Assembly (NCBI GenBank): GCA_002269645.1
Contig: NIVC01002778.1
Span: 77,238 to 141,237, forward strand
Length of the DNA: 64,000 nt
Direction: 5' to 3'
From: Macrostomum lignano
Lineage: Eukaryota
Shown here: piece by piece, positions 49,593 through 61,861 of the stretch
Layout: each line of letters begins with the position of its first letter
Position numbering within the stretch: position 1 is the first letter of the stretch
Made by a program: the position numbers and the translations under genes
The notes under the pieces: model-generated
What the model saw: the letters and a program-made list of their open reading frames with translations, nothing else
The model's database searches: none
Told to the model about the DNA's origin: nothing

Positions 49593-49876
49593 TGCGCCTA
49601 ATGAGGATAAGTCTCCAAGTACAAAAACACACAGAAAACTATCGTTGGTACAACCTTATTACGAAAAAAATCAACAGAAAAGTAAAAAAGCAAAACTGCA
49701 AGCTCTGTAAACAGAGCTATCTCTTGCCCATCTGCCTCGGACAATGGTTCGGTGGAATGTCACAAAATTATTTGAGTACAGGGGCACAGAGGACACACAG
49801 ACACACCCTTAAAAACAGCGACACACACACAGTCACTCACATTGTGCATCATAGGTAATAATATAGCTACACTTAC

Positions 49877-49921
49877 AGATATTAGGGTGCTCCGACAGAA
49901 ACTGCCTGGCCGCTTGAGTGT
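49877..49921 (-). CDS. OGDH: Candidate alternative OGDH micro-exon A (45 nt, (D)TQAARQFLSEHPNI(S))
   Basis: attttcag acceptor, ATCT|GTAAGT donor, phase 1/1, no stop. Confidence 0.65.
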
Positions 49922-50027
49922 CTGAAAATATTCACAAGAATATGGGGGGTAACGTTAAACAAGTGAAGCAGATCTTCAAGTTTATCATCAACTAACGAGT
50001 TAGTACGTAAAAAAGAGTAACACAGAC

Positions 50028-50136
50028 CTATAGCGGACAGGTCTTTGTTGAGAATGGCAGTGCTGCCGGCCGAGCCCTGCAGGCTGCCCCTAGTGATGTC
50101 CAGAGGGTCCAGGCGGGCCACGTTGTGTCCGCGGGC
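50028..50136 (-). CDS. OGDH: OGDH exon 3
   Basis: ARGHNVARLDPLDI..; 109 nt, phase 0/1. Confidence 0.9.
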
Positions 50137-50236
50137 CTTTGAGGTGGTTCGGGTTGGTTGGTGCGGTAAGCGGGGCGAGTACGTACTTGCGTGGCAACTT
50201 TAACAAATGTCTTCTGAAGCTGAGATCTGATCTATA

Positions 50237-52105
50237 CTGCAGAGGTTACCCAAGGTCAATCTGAGCCTAAGACACTACTGCAGAGGTCACCCAAGGTCAA
50301 TCTGAGCCTAAGACACTACTGCAGAGGTCATCCAAGGTCAATCTGAGCCTACGACACTACTACAGAGGTCATCCAAGGTCAATCTGAGCCTAAGACACTA
50401 CTGCAGAGGTCAACCAGGGTCAATCTGAGCCTAAGACACTACTGCAGAGGTCACCCAAGGTCAATCTGAGCCTAAGACACTACTGCAGAGGTCACCCAAG
50501 GTCAATCTGAGCCTAAGACACTACTGCAGAGGTCATCCAAGGTCAATCTGAGCCTAAGACACTACTGCAGAGGTCATCCAAGGTCAATCTGAGCCTAAGA
50601 CACTACTGCAGAGGTCATCCAAGGTCAATCTGAGCCTAAGACACTACTGCAGAGGTCATCCAAGGTCAATCTGAGCCTAAGACACTACTGCAGAGGTCAT
50701 CCAAGGTCAATCTGAGCCTAAGACACTACTGCAGAGGTCAACCAGGGTCAATCTGAGCCTAAGACACTACTGCAGAGGTCACCCAAGGTCAATCTGAGCC
50801 TATGACACTACTGCAGAGGTCATCCAAGGTCAATCTGAGCCTAAGACACTACTGCAGAGGTCATGCAAGGTCAATCTGAGCCTAAGACACTACTGCAGAG
50901 GTCATCCAAGGTCAATCTGAGCCTAAGACACTACTGCAGAGGTCATCCAAGGTCAATCTGAGCCTAAGACACTACTGCAGAGGTCACCCAAGGTCAATCT
51001 GAGCCTAAGACACTACTGCAGAGGTCAACCAGGGTCAATCTGAGCCTAAGACACTACTGCAGAGGTCACCCAAGGTCAATCTGAGCCTAAGACACTACTG
51101 CAGAGGTCAACCAGGGTCAATCTGAGCCTAAGACACTACTGCAGAGGTCAACCAAGGTCAATCTGAGCCTAAGACACTACTGCAGAGGTCATCCAAGGTC
51201 AATCTGAGCCTAAGACACTACTGCAGAGGTCAACCAGGGTCAATCTGAGCCTAAGACACTACTGCAGAGGTCACCCAAGGTCAATCTGAGCCTAAGACAC
51301 TACTGCAGAGGTCAACCAGGGTCAATCTGAGCCTAAGACACTACTGCAGAGGTCACCCAAGGTCAATCTGAGCCTAAGACACTACTGCAGAGGTCACCCA
51401 AGGTCAATCTGAGCCTAAGACACTACTGCAGAGGTCACCCAAGGTCAATCTGAGCCTAAGACACTACTGCAGAGGTCAACCAGGGTCAATCTGAGCCTAA
51501 GACACTACTGCAGAGGTCAACCAGGGTCAATCTGAGCCTAAGACACTACTGCAGAGGTCATCCAAGGTCAATCTGAGCCTAAGACACTACTGCAGAGGTC
51601 ACCCAAGGTCAATCTGAGCCTAAGACACTACTGCAGAGGTCAACCAAGGTCAATCTGAGCCTAAGACACTACTGCAGAGGTCACCCAAGGTCAATCTGAG
51701 CCTAAGACACTACTGCAGAGGTCAACCAGGGTCAATGTGAGCCTAAGACACTACTGCAGAGGTCACCCAAGGTCAATCTGAGCCTAAGACACTAGTGCAG
51801 AGGTCATCCAAGGTCAATCTGAGCCTAAGACACTACTGCAGAGGTCATCCAAGGTCAATCTGAGCCTAAGACACTACTGCAGAGGTCAACCAGGGTCAAT
51901 CTGAGCCTAAGACACTACTGCAGAGGTCAACCAAGGTCAATCTGAGCCTAAGACACTACTGCAGAGGTCAGCCAAGGTCAGTCTGAACCTAAAGACACTA
52001 CTCCAGAGGTCAGCCAAGGTCAATCTGAACCTAAGACACTACTCCAGAGGTCAACCAAGGTCAATCTGAACCTAAAGACACTACTGCAGCGATCAACCAA
52101 GGTCA
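50237..52105. repeat. 41-bp intronic minisatellite (ggtcaatctgagcctaagacactactgcagaggtcatccaa)
   Basis: About 45 highly homogeneous copies; variation almost confined to one short segment. Confidence 0.98.
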
Positions 52106-52184
52106 CACGGAGCTCAGGGTACAAGGAAGGTCAAAGTTTAAAGTTCGTCTTGTTCTCGGCTACTCAGACGAGACCTCTGCTCAC

Positions 52185-52396
52185 CTGATAAGACCTGATG
52201 ATAGCCTGCACAGCCAGGTGATCCTCAATGGATTTCTCATCGGCAAAGTGCTCAACAACGCCATCGGCCGACACTCGCCGCGACGGCTGCAAAGCCAATG
52301 ACGACGATGACGAGGAGACGCCGGCGGCGAACGGCGAGGTGTACGCCTGGCCGGGGCGGCACCAGCGACCACCCGACTGAAGTAAGAGTTCCACGA
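52185..52396 (-). CDS. OGDH: OGDH exon 2 (contains a 1-nt deletion)
   Basis: SWNSYF..GAA[P]GQAYTSP..IEDHLAVQAIIRSYQ; 212 nt rather than 213; frame shifts at the G4 run 52353-52356. Confidence 0.88.
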
Positions 52397-52529
52397 CTGA
52401 TGGGAGAGAGGCGAGGGCGGTGAGTTCTGTACTTCATTGATGCGCTGCATCTGATTATTGAAATCCTGTTGCCCTCTGAGTTCTCAATTCTGAGTGATCA
52501 ATCTCCGTATCCAGAGTCTAACTTGACTG

Positions 52530-53245
52530 TCACTACATCTCCAAACCCTAGCCTGTCTGTCACTCTCCATCTCCAAACCCTAGCCTGTCTGTCACTCTCC
52601 ATATCCAAACCCTAGCCTGTCTGTCACTCTCCATCTCCAGTCTAGCCTATCTGTCACTCTCCATTTCCAGTCTAGCCTATCTGTCACTCTCCATCTCCAG
52701 TCTAGCTTGTCTGTCACTCTCCATCTCCAGAATCTAGCTTGTCTGTCACTCTCCATTTCCAGTCTAGCTTGTCTGTCACTCTCCATCTCCAGAATCTAGC
52801 TTGTCTGTCACTCTCCATTTCCAGTCTAGCCTATCTGTCACTCTCCATCTCCAGTCTAGCCTGTCTGTCACTCTCCATCTCCAAACCCTACCCTGTCTGT
52901 CACTCTCCATCTCCAAACCCTAGCCTGTCTGTCACTCTCCATCTCTAGAGTCTAGCCTGTCTGTCACTCTCCATCTCCAGAGTATAGCCTGTCTGTCACT
53001 CTCCATCTCCAGAGGCCACTGGCCAGCCTGTCTATCACTCTCCATCTACAGTATAGCCTGTCACTCTCCATCTCCAGTCTAGCCTGTCTGTCACTCTCCA
53101 TCTCAAAACCCTGCCCTGTCTATCACTCTCCATCTCCAGAGTCCAGCCTGTCTGTCACTCTCCATCTCTAGAGTCTAGCGTGTCTGTCACTCTCCATCTC
53201 TTTTGTCTAGCCTCTCTGTCACTCAATCTCTAGAGCCTAGTCTAT
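52530..53245. repeat. ~28-30 bp intronic minisatellite (tctagcctgtctgtcactctccatctccag)
   Basis: About 24 variable copies in OGDH intron 1. Confidence 0.93.
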
Positions 53246-53288
53246 TAGTCTCCATTTCCAGCCTTCAGTCACGGCGCCAGCAGTTCAC

Positions 53289-53450
53289 CTGGTGCACAGA
53301 ATTGGGGTCCTTAAGCCAGGCGGCGTACATATCCTCGATGTAGCCGCAGGAGGTGCCAGACGAGAACGGCTCGGCAGTGGCTGATGAGGCCAATCGACGC
53401 TCGAAGGCGCGCAGAACGCGAGCCAGAGAAGACGGTTTAACGCGAAGCAT
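53289..53450 (-). CDS. OGDH: OGDH exon 1 (mitochondrial presequence + AEPF..G..YIEDMY.AWLKDP.SVH)
   Basis: ATG at 53450, Arg/Ser/Ala-rich leader, GTGAAC donor, phase 0. Confidence 0.92.
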
Positions 53451-53715
53451 AACTGCTGCAGCTGGTTGGGTAGTTTCGGCCCAGAAGACTGGCTCTTAGT
53501 GTGCACAGCAATGTACAGCAGGGGCTCAGACACTTGTGTAAGTCTGGCTAATTGTGCTGCAAAGGGAATGAATAACAATTTGCTACTATAGAATTAGGTC
53601 TAACATTAAATTACAAAATACTATAAAGAAATATTACTAGGCCTAGAATAAATAGTGATAAATATGCCAAATAACAAATTTAGCAATGATAGCAAAAAAA
53701 CAGGTTTTGGCTTTT

Positions 53716-54010
53716 CATACATGCGCAACGTCTAAAATTCGGTCGGCCGTGCGACTTAGTTTTAACAAAAATGCGACGTAGTTTTTGGCCAAAAATGCGA
53801 CTTACATGTAAAAAACCCTAAAGCAAAATTAACGCAACTTTGGGTAAACGGCGGGAGTAACTATAACTGTCTTATCAGGCAAAAATGCCTCGTCAGCTAC
53901 TTAGTACTACTGCGTGGGTATTTTTGGGTGGGCATTTTTGCGACTTCCTTGGTTGGCTGCCAAATCAGTCGGCCGGATCGGCCGACTCGGCCGACTGTTG
54001 CGCATGTATG
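53716..54010. mobile_element. 295-bp MITE (hAT- or P-like) with 14-bp TIRs and 8-bp TSD, carrying a 28S-like fragment
   Basis: TIRs catacatgcgcaac (53716-53729) / gttgcgcatgtatg (53997-54010); TSD tggctttt at 53708-53715 and 54011-54018; subterminal gtcggcc and tgcgac motifs. Confidence 0.85.
53842..53905 (+). other. Degenerate 64-nt LSU (28S) rRNA-like fragment (helix 69-71 region)
   Basis: Gapless 52/64 match to the canonical eukaryotic 28S sequence (recalled) GGGTAAACGGCGGGAGTAACTATGACTCTCTTAAGGTAGCCAAATGCCTCGTCATCTAATTAGT. Confidence 0.8.
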
Positions 54011-54599
54011 TGGCTTTTTGCTCTTTTAGATTTATTTTTATTACATCCCTAAGTTCAAAACTTTGGTTAAATCAAAGCACACATATTCTCATACATGCCC
54101 AACACCCAGCCAACCTGGGTGGGGATAGCAAAAAATGCCAACCTAAAAAATCAAAGAAAAAAGAGGGGAAGAAAGAAAAGACAGGAGAGGAGAAAAATAA
54201 ACAAAGGGAAAAAACAAAAACTGAGACCATATTATAGTTAGAGGCAACTAATATACAATTTTTGAGAAAAACTAAGTTATCAGCTAGGTAATATTTTGAA
54301 GTTGGCATGCATATTTATATTACATTATATATTTTATACACTAGTAATTTAAATAAAATAACAAACCAAAACAAAAGTTTTTATTATAAAAAAATGTATA
54401 TATAGTGACTTTAATAAATAATTCTGCAAGATAGCCAAATAAAAAATGCTTGCAATTCTTTCTTTCTATTTAACTATTATTAATAAAAATTGTCTTATTT
54501 ATATATAATGTCAATTTATAAAAAATAGTTGTATATTTAAAAAAAAATACCTAATGCCATTTTAATAGACCTATCAAAATGAAAAAATGGGAGCACAAG

Positions 54600-55110
54600 A
54601 AATGCCTGCAGACAAATTGTCCACTGAGATTTGCCTGCAGGAGATTTGCTCATTAAGATTTGCTTACAACAAGCAAATTACCCGCCAAGTTTTTTCTGGC
54701 TGAGGTTTGCCCATAATGCTTTTTCCTGCATGCATTTGGCCATACGGTAGATTTTGTTTGCATTGCTTTCCCAATTTTTAGACTTTAGTAAGTCTTAATA
54801 AAGAGATTTACCTAATCAAATGTTTTGATAGTAACTGCATATCAAATGCATATTTTTGGGAAAGGCTATTGCAAATAGAATCTAGCTGCCAAATGTGCTA
54901 TATAAGAAAAAGCATTGCAGGCAAACTTTGATAGGAAAAAACTTAGCAAGCAATTTGCTTGTGGGCAAAATATAGTGCAGGCAAATTTTGGTAGGCAATT
55001 CTCCATGGGCAATTCCCTCACAGGCAAAATTCACTGCAAGCAAATCTCAATGGGAAAAACTCAATGGGCAAATCTTTTGCAAGGAAATCTTAGCGAGCAA
55101 TTCTCATAGA
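54600..55110. repeat. Degenerate foldback-like region of inverted short repeats
   Basis: Left half repeats gatttgcc/tttgcc; right half repeats ggcaaat/gcaggcaaa (reverse complement). Confidence 0.45.
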
Positions 55111-56364
55111 CCCAATAAAATAGATAGGTCTAAAATAGGAATTATTAGATTATTTGCCTTGTCTAGGCCTATTTAACTATAAATTATAATATTAGGCCTA
55201 TAAGTTATAACTAGGTCTCATGGCTTGGCTTCATGGTATATTAAGCTCAAATATAGCTTAAACTCTTATTTTAATTAATTTAGGGCTTATAGGCCTTTAA
55301 TGCTCAGGTCTAAGTCTAATAAGTTATAAAAAACTATCTAGTCTAGCCTACTTAGAGTCTAGAAGATTAGGCCTAGGCCTTAGAGTTTAGACATTTGTAC
55401 CTTAACTTAACTTGCTTAACAATGTGCTGTTTGGTTTTTGCTGGCCTACCCCTCTTTATTTAGTTCAATCGCACATTTGCCCTTAACCATACTGCTGACT
55501 GCCGTTAGGCCTATAAACTAGAAAATTCGACACAATTTAATACCTTCAACAAATTGCTCTATCAATACAATAGGCCTTTTCATAAGACTATTGCAAAATA
55601 AGCTTGACAACTATGTTAAACACTTTGGAGCGCGCAACACGTCTAAAATCGTGAAACAATATTGATAGTCACTACTTGTTATACTCATCGCTTAGCAAGC
55701 AACTCTACATGAATTCGACTTGATTAAACGCTCTAAATTCTACGCCTTTCGATAGAGCCCCCAGAAATTAGTTTGTTCTTCGTTCGGTAAAGTTTCCGGG
55801 TTTGTCCGGGCAAGCAAATTTCACAGTTTCTAACAGGCTCAATTCTGTCAGCATTGTCAAGCTTAGCCAATATTGAAAGGGAAATTTTCTTTATCACTTT
55901 AGAATATTATTACATTGATTACTTTTTTGCTTACCGTTGGTAAATCGACTGGATCAAGCATTCGATAGAAAGCGCATGCGTCCATTCCGCTGCTCCACTC
56001 ATGAGCAGTCTGTAAAAATAATGCATACGCCAGCAAACCAACACACTGAGGACGACTCAAATGACGTGTATTAGTCCTTGGACACACATGATCCCAGCAA
56101 GTACCACGGAATCAAAAATAGCTAGACCACCTGATCGAATTATTTAAACAGTGCTCATAATGTAATCTACTCGATGCATGTAATAACCATCATGAGCCTA
56201 GATCACATTAGCCGGCCCCAAGGACAGAATTTGTTGAGTGCAGAATCTGCTGAATGAATGTAGCCATAACGTATGCCTTGAAATAGAACTTTGAAAGAAA
56301 TGGAACTCTAGATCGATACAAATAATTAATTTTAATTACACGACAACTCGGCCGCGCTTTACTG

Positions 56365-57900
56365 TATTCACGCGCTCGTCCAGTGGAAGGCGGTGTCCTT
56401 CTTGAACAGCTCTCGCAGTGGTCTCGCAATCTTCGCGAAGTCGGGTATGAACTTGGAGAAGTATAGTTGAAGATTGACAAGATGACGAGACGCCCCGTGC
56501 TGTCGTCGGCGCTGTGATGCGGAGCCCGTCTTCCATCGGCTGAAATCCTGCAGCCCAAAAACACGATCTCCGGGACGCCGATCTGGCATTTCTCCTTGTT
56601 CATTTTCACTGAGACGTTCGAGCATCGCTTGAAGCCGCTTGCCGTGCTCATCCGAGTTGACGCCGTGATTGACGATTTCGTCCATGCAGAGTGTCGGACA
56701 CCCCTCATGTCAGCCAAAATTGTTGACAGGATTTCTTGGAAAACAGGCAACAGAAGAACTAGACATGCCGAACGGGACCCCCATGAACTGGTAGAGCCCA
56801 CAATGAGTGATGAATGCGGTCAGCTTCCTACTGCGGAATTGCAGTGAGATCTGCAGGTAGCTTTGCTTCAAGTCTAGCTTGCTGAAGATCTGCGCGCCTG
56901 CGAACTCGGCGGCCAGCTCCTGCTGGGTTGGCATGGAGAAGTTATCCGCGTTGATTGCTTTGTGGCAGTTGCGCAAATCAACGCAAAGTCGCAGGTCGCC
57001 ATTCTTCTTCTTGGATACGACTAGATTGGACACCCAGGGAGAGGCATCCATCTTCTCGATGACACCTGCGGCCTCCATCTTGCTTAGCTCGTCCTTCACG
57101 CGGCTCAACTGTCGGTGTCACATCCTGGTGCAGCACCTGTATAACTTTCGCCGACACATTTTCAAACAGATCTTCCGACACTTTTTTTATGACATTTAAA
57201 ATGTTGCAGTGTCGAAAAAAGTGTCGTAACAGTTGACATTCGCCGACAAATATTTTCCGACACTTAAATTAATGCTGCAAAAAGTGTCTGAAAAAGTGTC
57301 GTATGGTTAAATTCTGCCAACACATCTTCCGACACTTAAAATTTTGCTTCTTAGAGCTAGGGGATGTACATGTAGCTCGTACTATTCATGTAAGCTAACA
57401 TGTATGTTTGTTAAGTACGCACTACGCAGCAGCCTGTAGTACATGACAGATTCATTCAAATTAATCTTCAGTCAGATAAATATAGTAGATCAAACCATTA
57501 AATGTAAGTTTGTGATTTGAGAAACATTTCCCTGTTTCCCTGTTTAAAAGATCCCTTCATGGGAACATGATACAAGAACTGTTTCTTCAACTGCTTCAAA
57601 TTTTTGTTACGACACTTTTCCGACACTTTTTGCGACATTTTAAGTGTCGTAAAAAAGTGTCGGAAGATCTGTCTGAAAATGTGTCGGCGAAAGTTATACA
57701 GGTGTCCTGAGCACGTCAACTGCAGAGCCTGTGTACGAGAACAGCTGCTTCGGGTCGGCGCGATGACCATTTGCTTTGCCAGGCGTTTCACGGTCTTCTC
57801 GTTGATTATGTTGACTCTTGAGCCGTGTCCAATAGGAGCCTGACGTTGATGTTAGCAATGCTGCAAATCACGAAGTTAAGGAAGGAGCGACGCTTCATAT
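56365..57900 (-). mobile_element. Degenerate Ty3/Gypsy protease-RT remnant, interrupted by a MITE
   Basis: Protease VRLLLDT (57830-57850); RT SPWVSNLVVSKKKNGDLRLCVDLR, FSKLDLKQSYLQI, VPFGM (56760-57100). Confidence 0.85.
57134..57704. mobile_element. 571-bp non-autonomous DNA transposon with ~55-bp TIRs (CACTA/EnSpm-like)
   Basis: cacctgtataactttcgccgacacattttc... matches its reverse complement ending at 57704; ~15 subterminal CCGACACT-like motifs; no TSD seen. Confidence 0.8.
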
Positions 57901-57907
57901 TTAACTG

Positions 57908-59770
57908 CTTCTTCTTCTTCTTATTATTATTATTATTCTTCTTCTTCTTGCCGTTTTCGCCTTTCGGCTTGGCTCCCTCAGGGCCCTCCGCATCATGTCC
58001 TCTGGTGTCTCGCCATGTTGGTTGCCGTAGGTTCTTTCCGCATAAATCATAGCTCTTCGTTTTCACTCGACACTTCCTTGGTGGAGTGGTCTGCGTTTCC
58101 TACAATACTTCGTTTCTCCCGCACGCCTTCCGGTGCCTTGCCAGGTTGCACGTCGTTACTCTCTTCCTACACTTCTCGCACGCCGTCTTCCCACTGTCCT
58201 CTCGTTCTCCTCTACAACTCTTTTTATGGTTCTTCATCGTTGCTTCTTGTGCGAAGGTTTTGCTGCATTTGTTACATTTGAATATTCGACATTTACGAGC
58301 TATTACCTGCATGCCCTTCACGCGGTGCATTCTCTTTTCATGTATTGCAAGCCCTGCTTTGCTCCTACAAACTTCATCACACCCTTCATATTCACATTTG
58401 AACTCCGTTCTCTCTTCTTTCTCTTTCTGTCTGTCTCCAGGTTTCGCTTCCGGCTTCTTCTCTGTTTCTTCCGGTGGATGGACCTCTGTCGCGGATTGTC
58501 GTCCCTTTCCCCTCTGATCCTCTTAGCTCGACTTTTCTCCCATTCTTGTATCTCTTTTGTTCTCATTTCCACAGTGGATTTCCATTTCTTCCGGTCTTGT
58601 GTGAATCTCTCTGCTCTCTTTGGCTCAATTCCTGCTTCCCGTAGCAGTCTCTTCCAGAAATTCACTGTTTGACTCTTCCGTTGTCTTCTTGATTACCTCC
58701 AGTTTCTTGTACCAGCCTATTACAGCTCTCTTAGTCTGCCTCTCGTCTGGCACGCGTAACACGTGGCCGATCCGAATGAGATGTGCTCGTTCGATCTTCA
58801 CCCTCAACTGATGCTACTGATGGGATCACTGATGGGCTCATCTCGACCTTCCAGGTGACGCACCAGGTGTGTACCGCGTCCAGGGTCGGTTGCAGGTTAT
58901 CGGCACAGCGGTGGAGCGAGTTAGCTGTGCTCAGCAGCGCGCTGTAATCGGCATAGACGCTGATGCCAATGCCCGGGCCACTTGGTTAACGGTTTCGACC
59001 AGGTCATTGACGTACACGTTCCATAACGTCGAGGCGATGACGCTGCTCTGTGGGAGACCTTCATGGAAACTTCTCTCTCAACTGAGGGCGGCATTCCAGC
59101 GGACTCGGGCGCGTCTTTGGCAGAGAAATCCCCTGATCCACTGGCCATGCGGTGGCTGACGACCATTCTTAGGAGCCTGGCATAAAGAGCCCGGCGCTAC
59201 ACCCTGTCATCGGCGCGGCTGAAGTCGAGCAATGCCAGGATGCTGCACAGTGACTGGCTAGCCTCTAGTCCGTCGAAAATGTCTTGGCAAATGCGGCTGA
59301 TCTGCTCTTTGCAGCTCCGGTGCCTGCGAAAGCCGGCTTTTTGGTTGTTTCGAGACCGCCAGCAATTCTCCGCGGTTCCCGATTAGGGTGATGTCATCCG
59401 CGAAGAGAGAAGTCTGGAACATGTGGGCTTGGTTCTCCGAGCTGTACTGGTACCTGTGTTGCGGTGGTAATGAGTGTCCCGGGGGCCAACTTCACTCAAT
59501 CCAACACACGACCCCAGATCTTTTCGCTTCTTCCTGTCTCTCTCTCTCTCTCTGCGATACTGATGATCGGTGTTCCTGTTATTTCTCCACGCCTGATGAT
59601 AGATGTTGAACAAAACCGGTGACGTGGGGCACCCTTCTCTGAGGCCGCGCTCTGGCATCCATCCTTCGCTCGTTCCTTCTCCGCTTTTCACTCGGTACAG
59701 TGTGTTTTCGTGTAAGTCTTGCAGCTTACATACTCTCGGGTATGCTTTAAAAGATTTAAAAAGAAATGTA
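57908..59770 (-). mobile_element. 5'-truncated RTE-like LINE with (AAG)n(AAT)n(AAG)n tail
   Basis: KAYPRV, GLREGCPTSPVLFNIYH, LFADD, RIGHVLR.PDER, C-terminal C2H2-like fingers CNKC..H..C; tail at 57908-57949. Confidence 0.8.
58815..59350 (-). mobile_element. RT fragment of a second LINE family (Ingi-like) embedded in the RTE-like element
   Basis: AGFRRHRSCKEQI..QDIFDG..LALLDFS..; WIRGFL..R.ARV..GLPQ.SV..TLWNVYVNDL. Confidence 0.65.
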
Positions 59771-60091
59771 ATCCTCTGTATGTAATCAATTATTCTTTTG
59801 TAAACAGGGACCATACATGTTAATAGAGACCCTAACAGGGACCCTACAGTTAGAGAGACCCTAACAGGGACCCTACAGTTAATATTATACTTAAGACCCC
59901 AAATAACTAAAAGTCAACCGAATCGTTAAGTAGACAAGAGTTTATATATTTCCGAAACACCAACAAATATCACGACAAGTTTTAATCACCAAAACCCGAA
60001 AAGTAATCAATTTCACGAACAAATTTCAGCCAGCGAGACAGCGTCTTCATCCCGTCTGGCGGTACGTCTGACACGACGGCTGTTTCTTCTC

Positions 60092-61385
<1,294 letters not shown>

Positions 61386-61861
61386 TCAGTGGCGACTAGA
61401 TTGGATTTTCGGCATCAAAACTGGCCCGCTTTTATGCTGTCGCCGGACCTGGCATCTCGGCAGGCGGTCGCAATCTCACCTGCAGGTTGGCAACTTGCTG
61501 AGCTGGCAGTTTTGCAGATTTTTTGCGAAGTTTCTTACTCGAGATCGAGAGCTTCATGACAGCGAAGTTGCTTTTCGGCTGACTTTGACCACCTGCCGAA
61601 TCTAGGTGTTTGCCGGCAGATTTCCCAATTTTTGCTGACGTGTTGAACAAGTGTTTGCTATTTAAATAGAAGCAAGTGCTTGTTCTATCGAATATTGAAC
61701 TTTTAACTTTCTTTTCAAATTCAAAACAGAAAAATCAAGTCTGCGGTCTGCAGCTGAATAGCTTTCGACCAGTTGGACTTCATTTTATTTTCTAGGTGTC
61801 AAACACAGCAACACGAGCAAACTGATTCTAATTTTGCAATGTGCGAGAAACACAACGTTTC

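Noticed and set aside
41430-49632. Repeat-derived ORFs in OGDH introns (DYKVDTMV, SGSTANP, QMRIPQD, the 615-aa QTASPNPH ORF)
   Set aside because: They lie inside introns defined by conserved OGDH exons with consistent phases
50237-52105. Regular 41-bp array resembling a CRISPR
   Set aside because: No unique spacers, no cas genes, and it lies in a eukaryotic intron; it is a minisatellite
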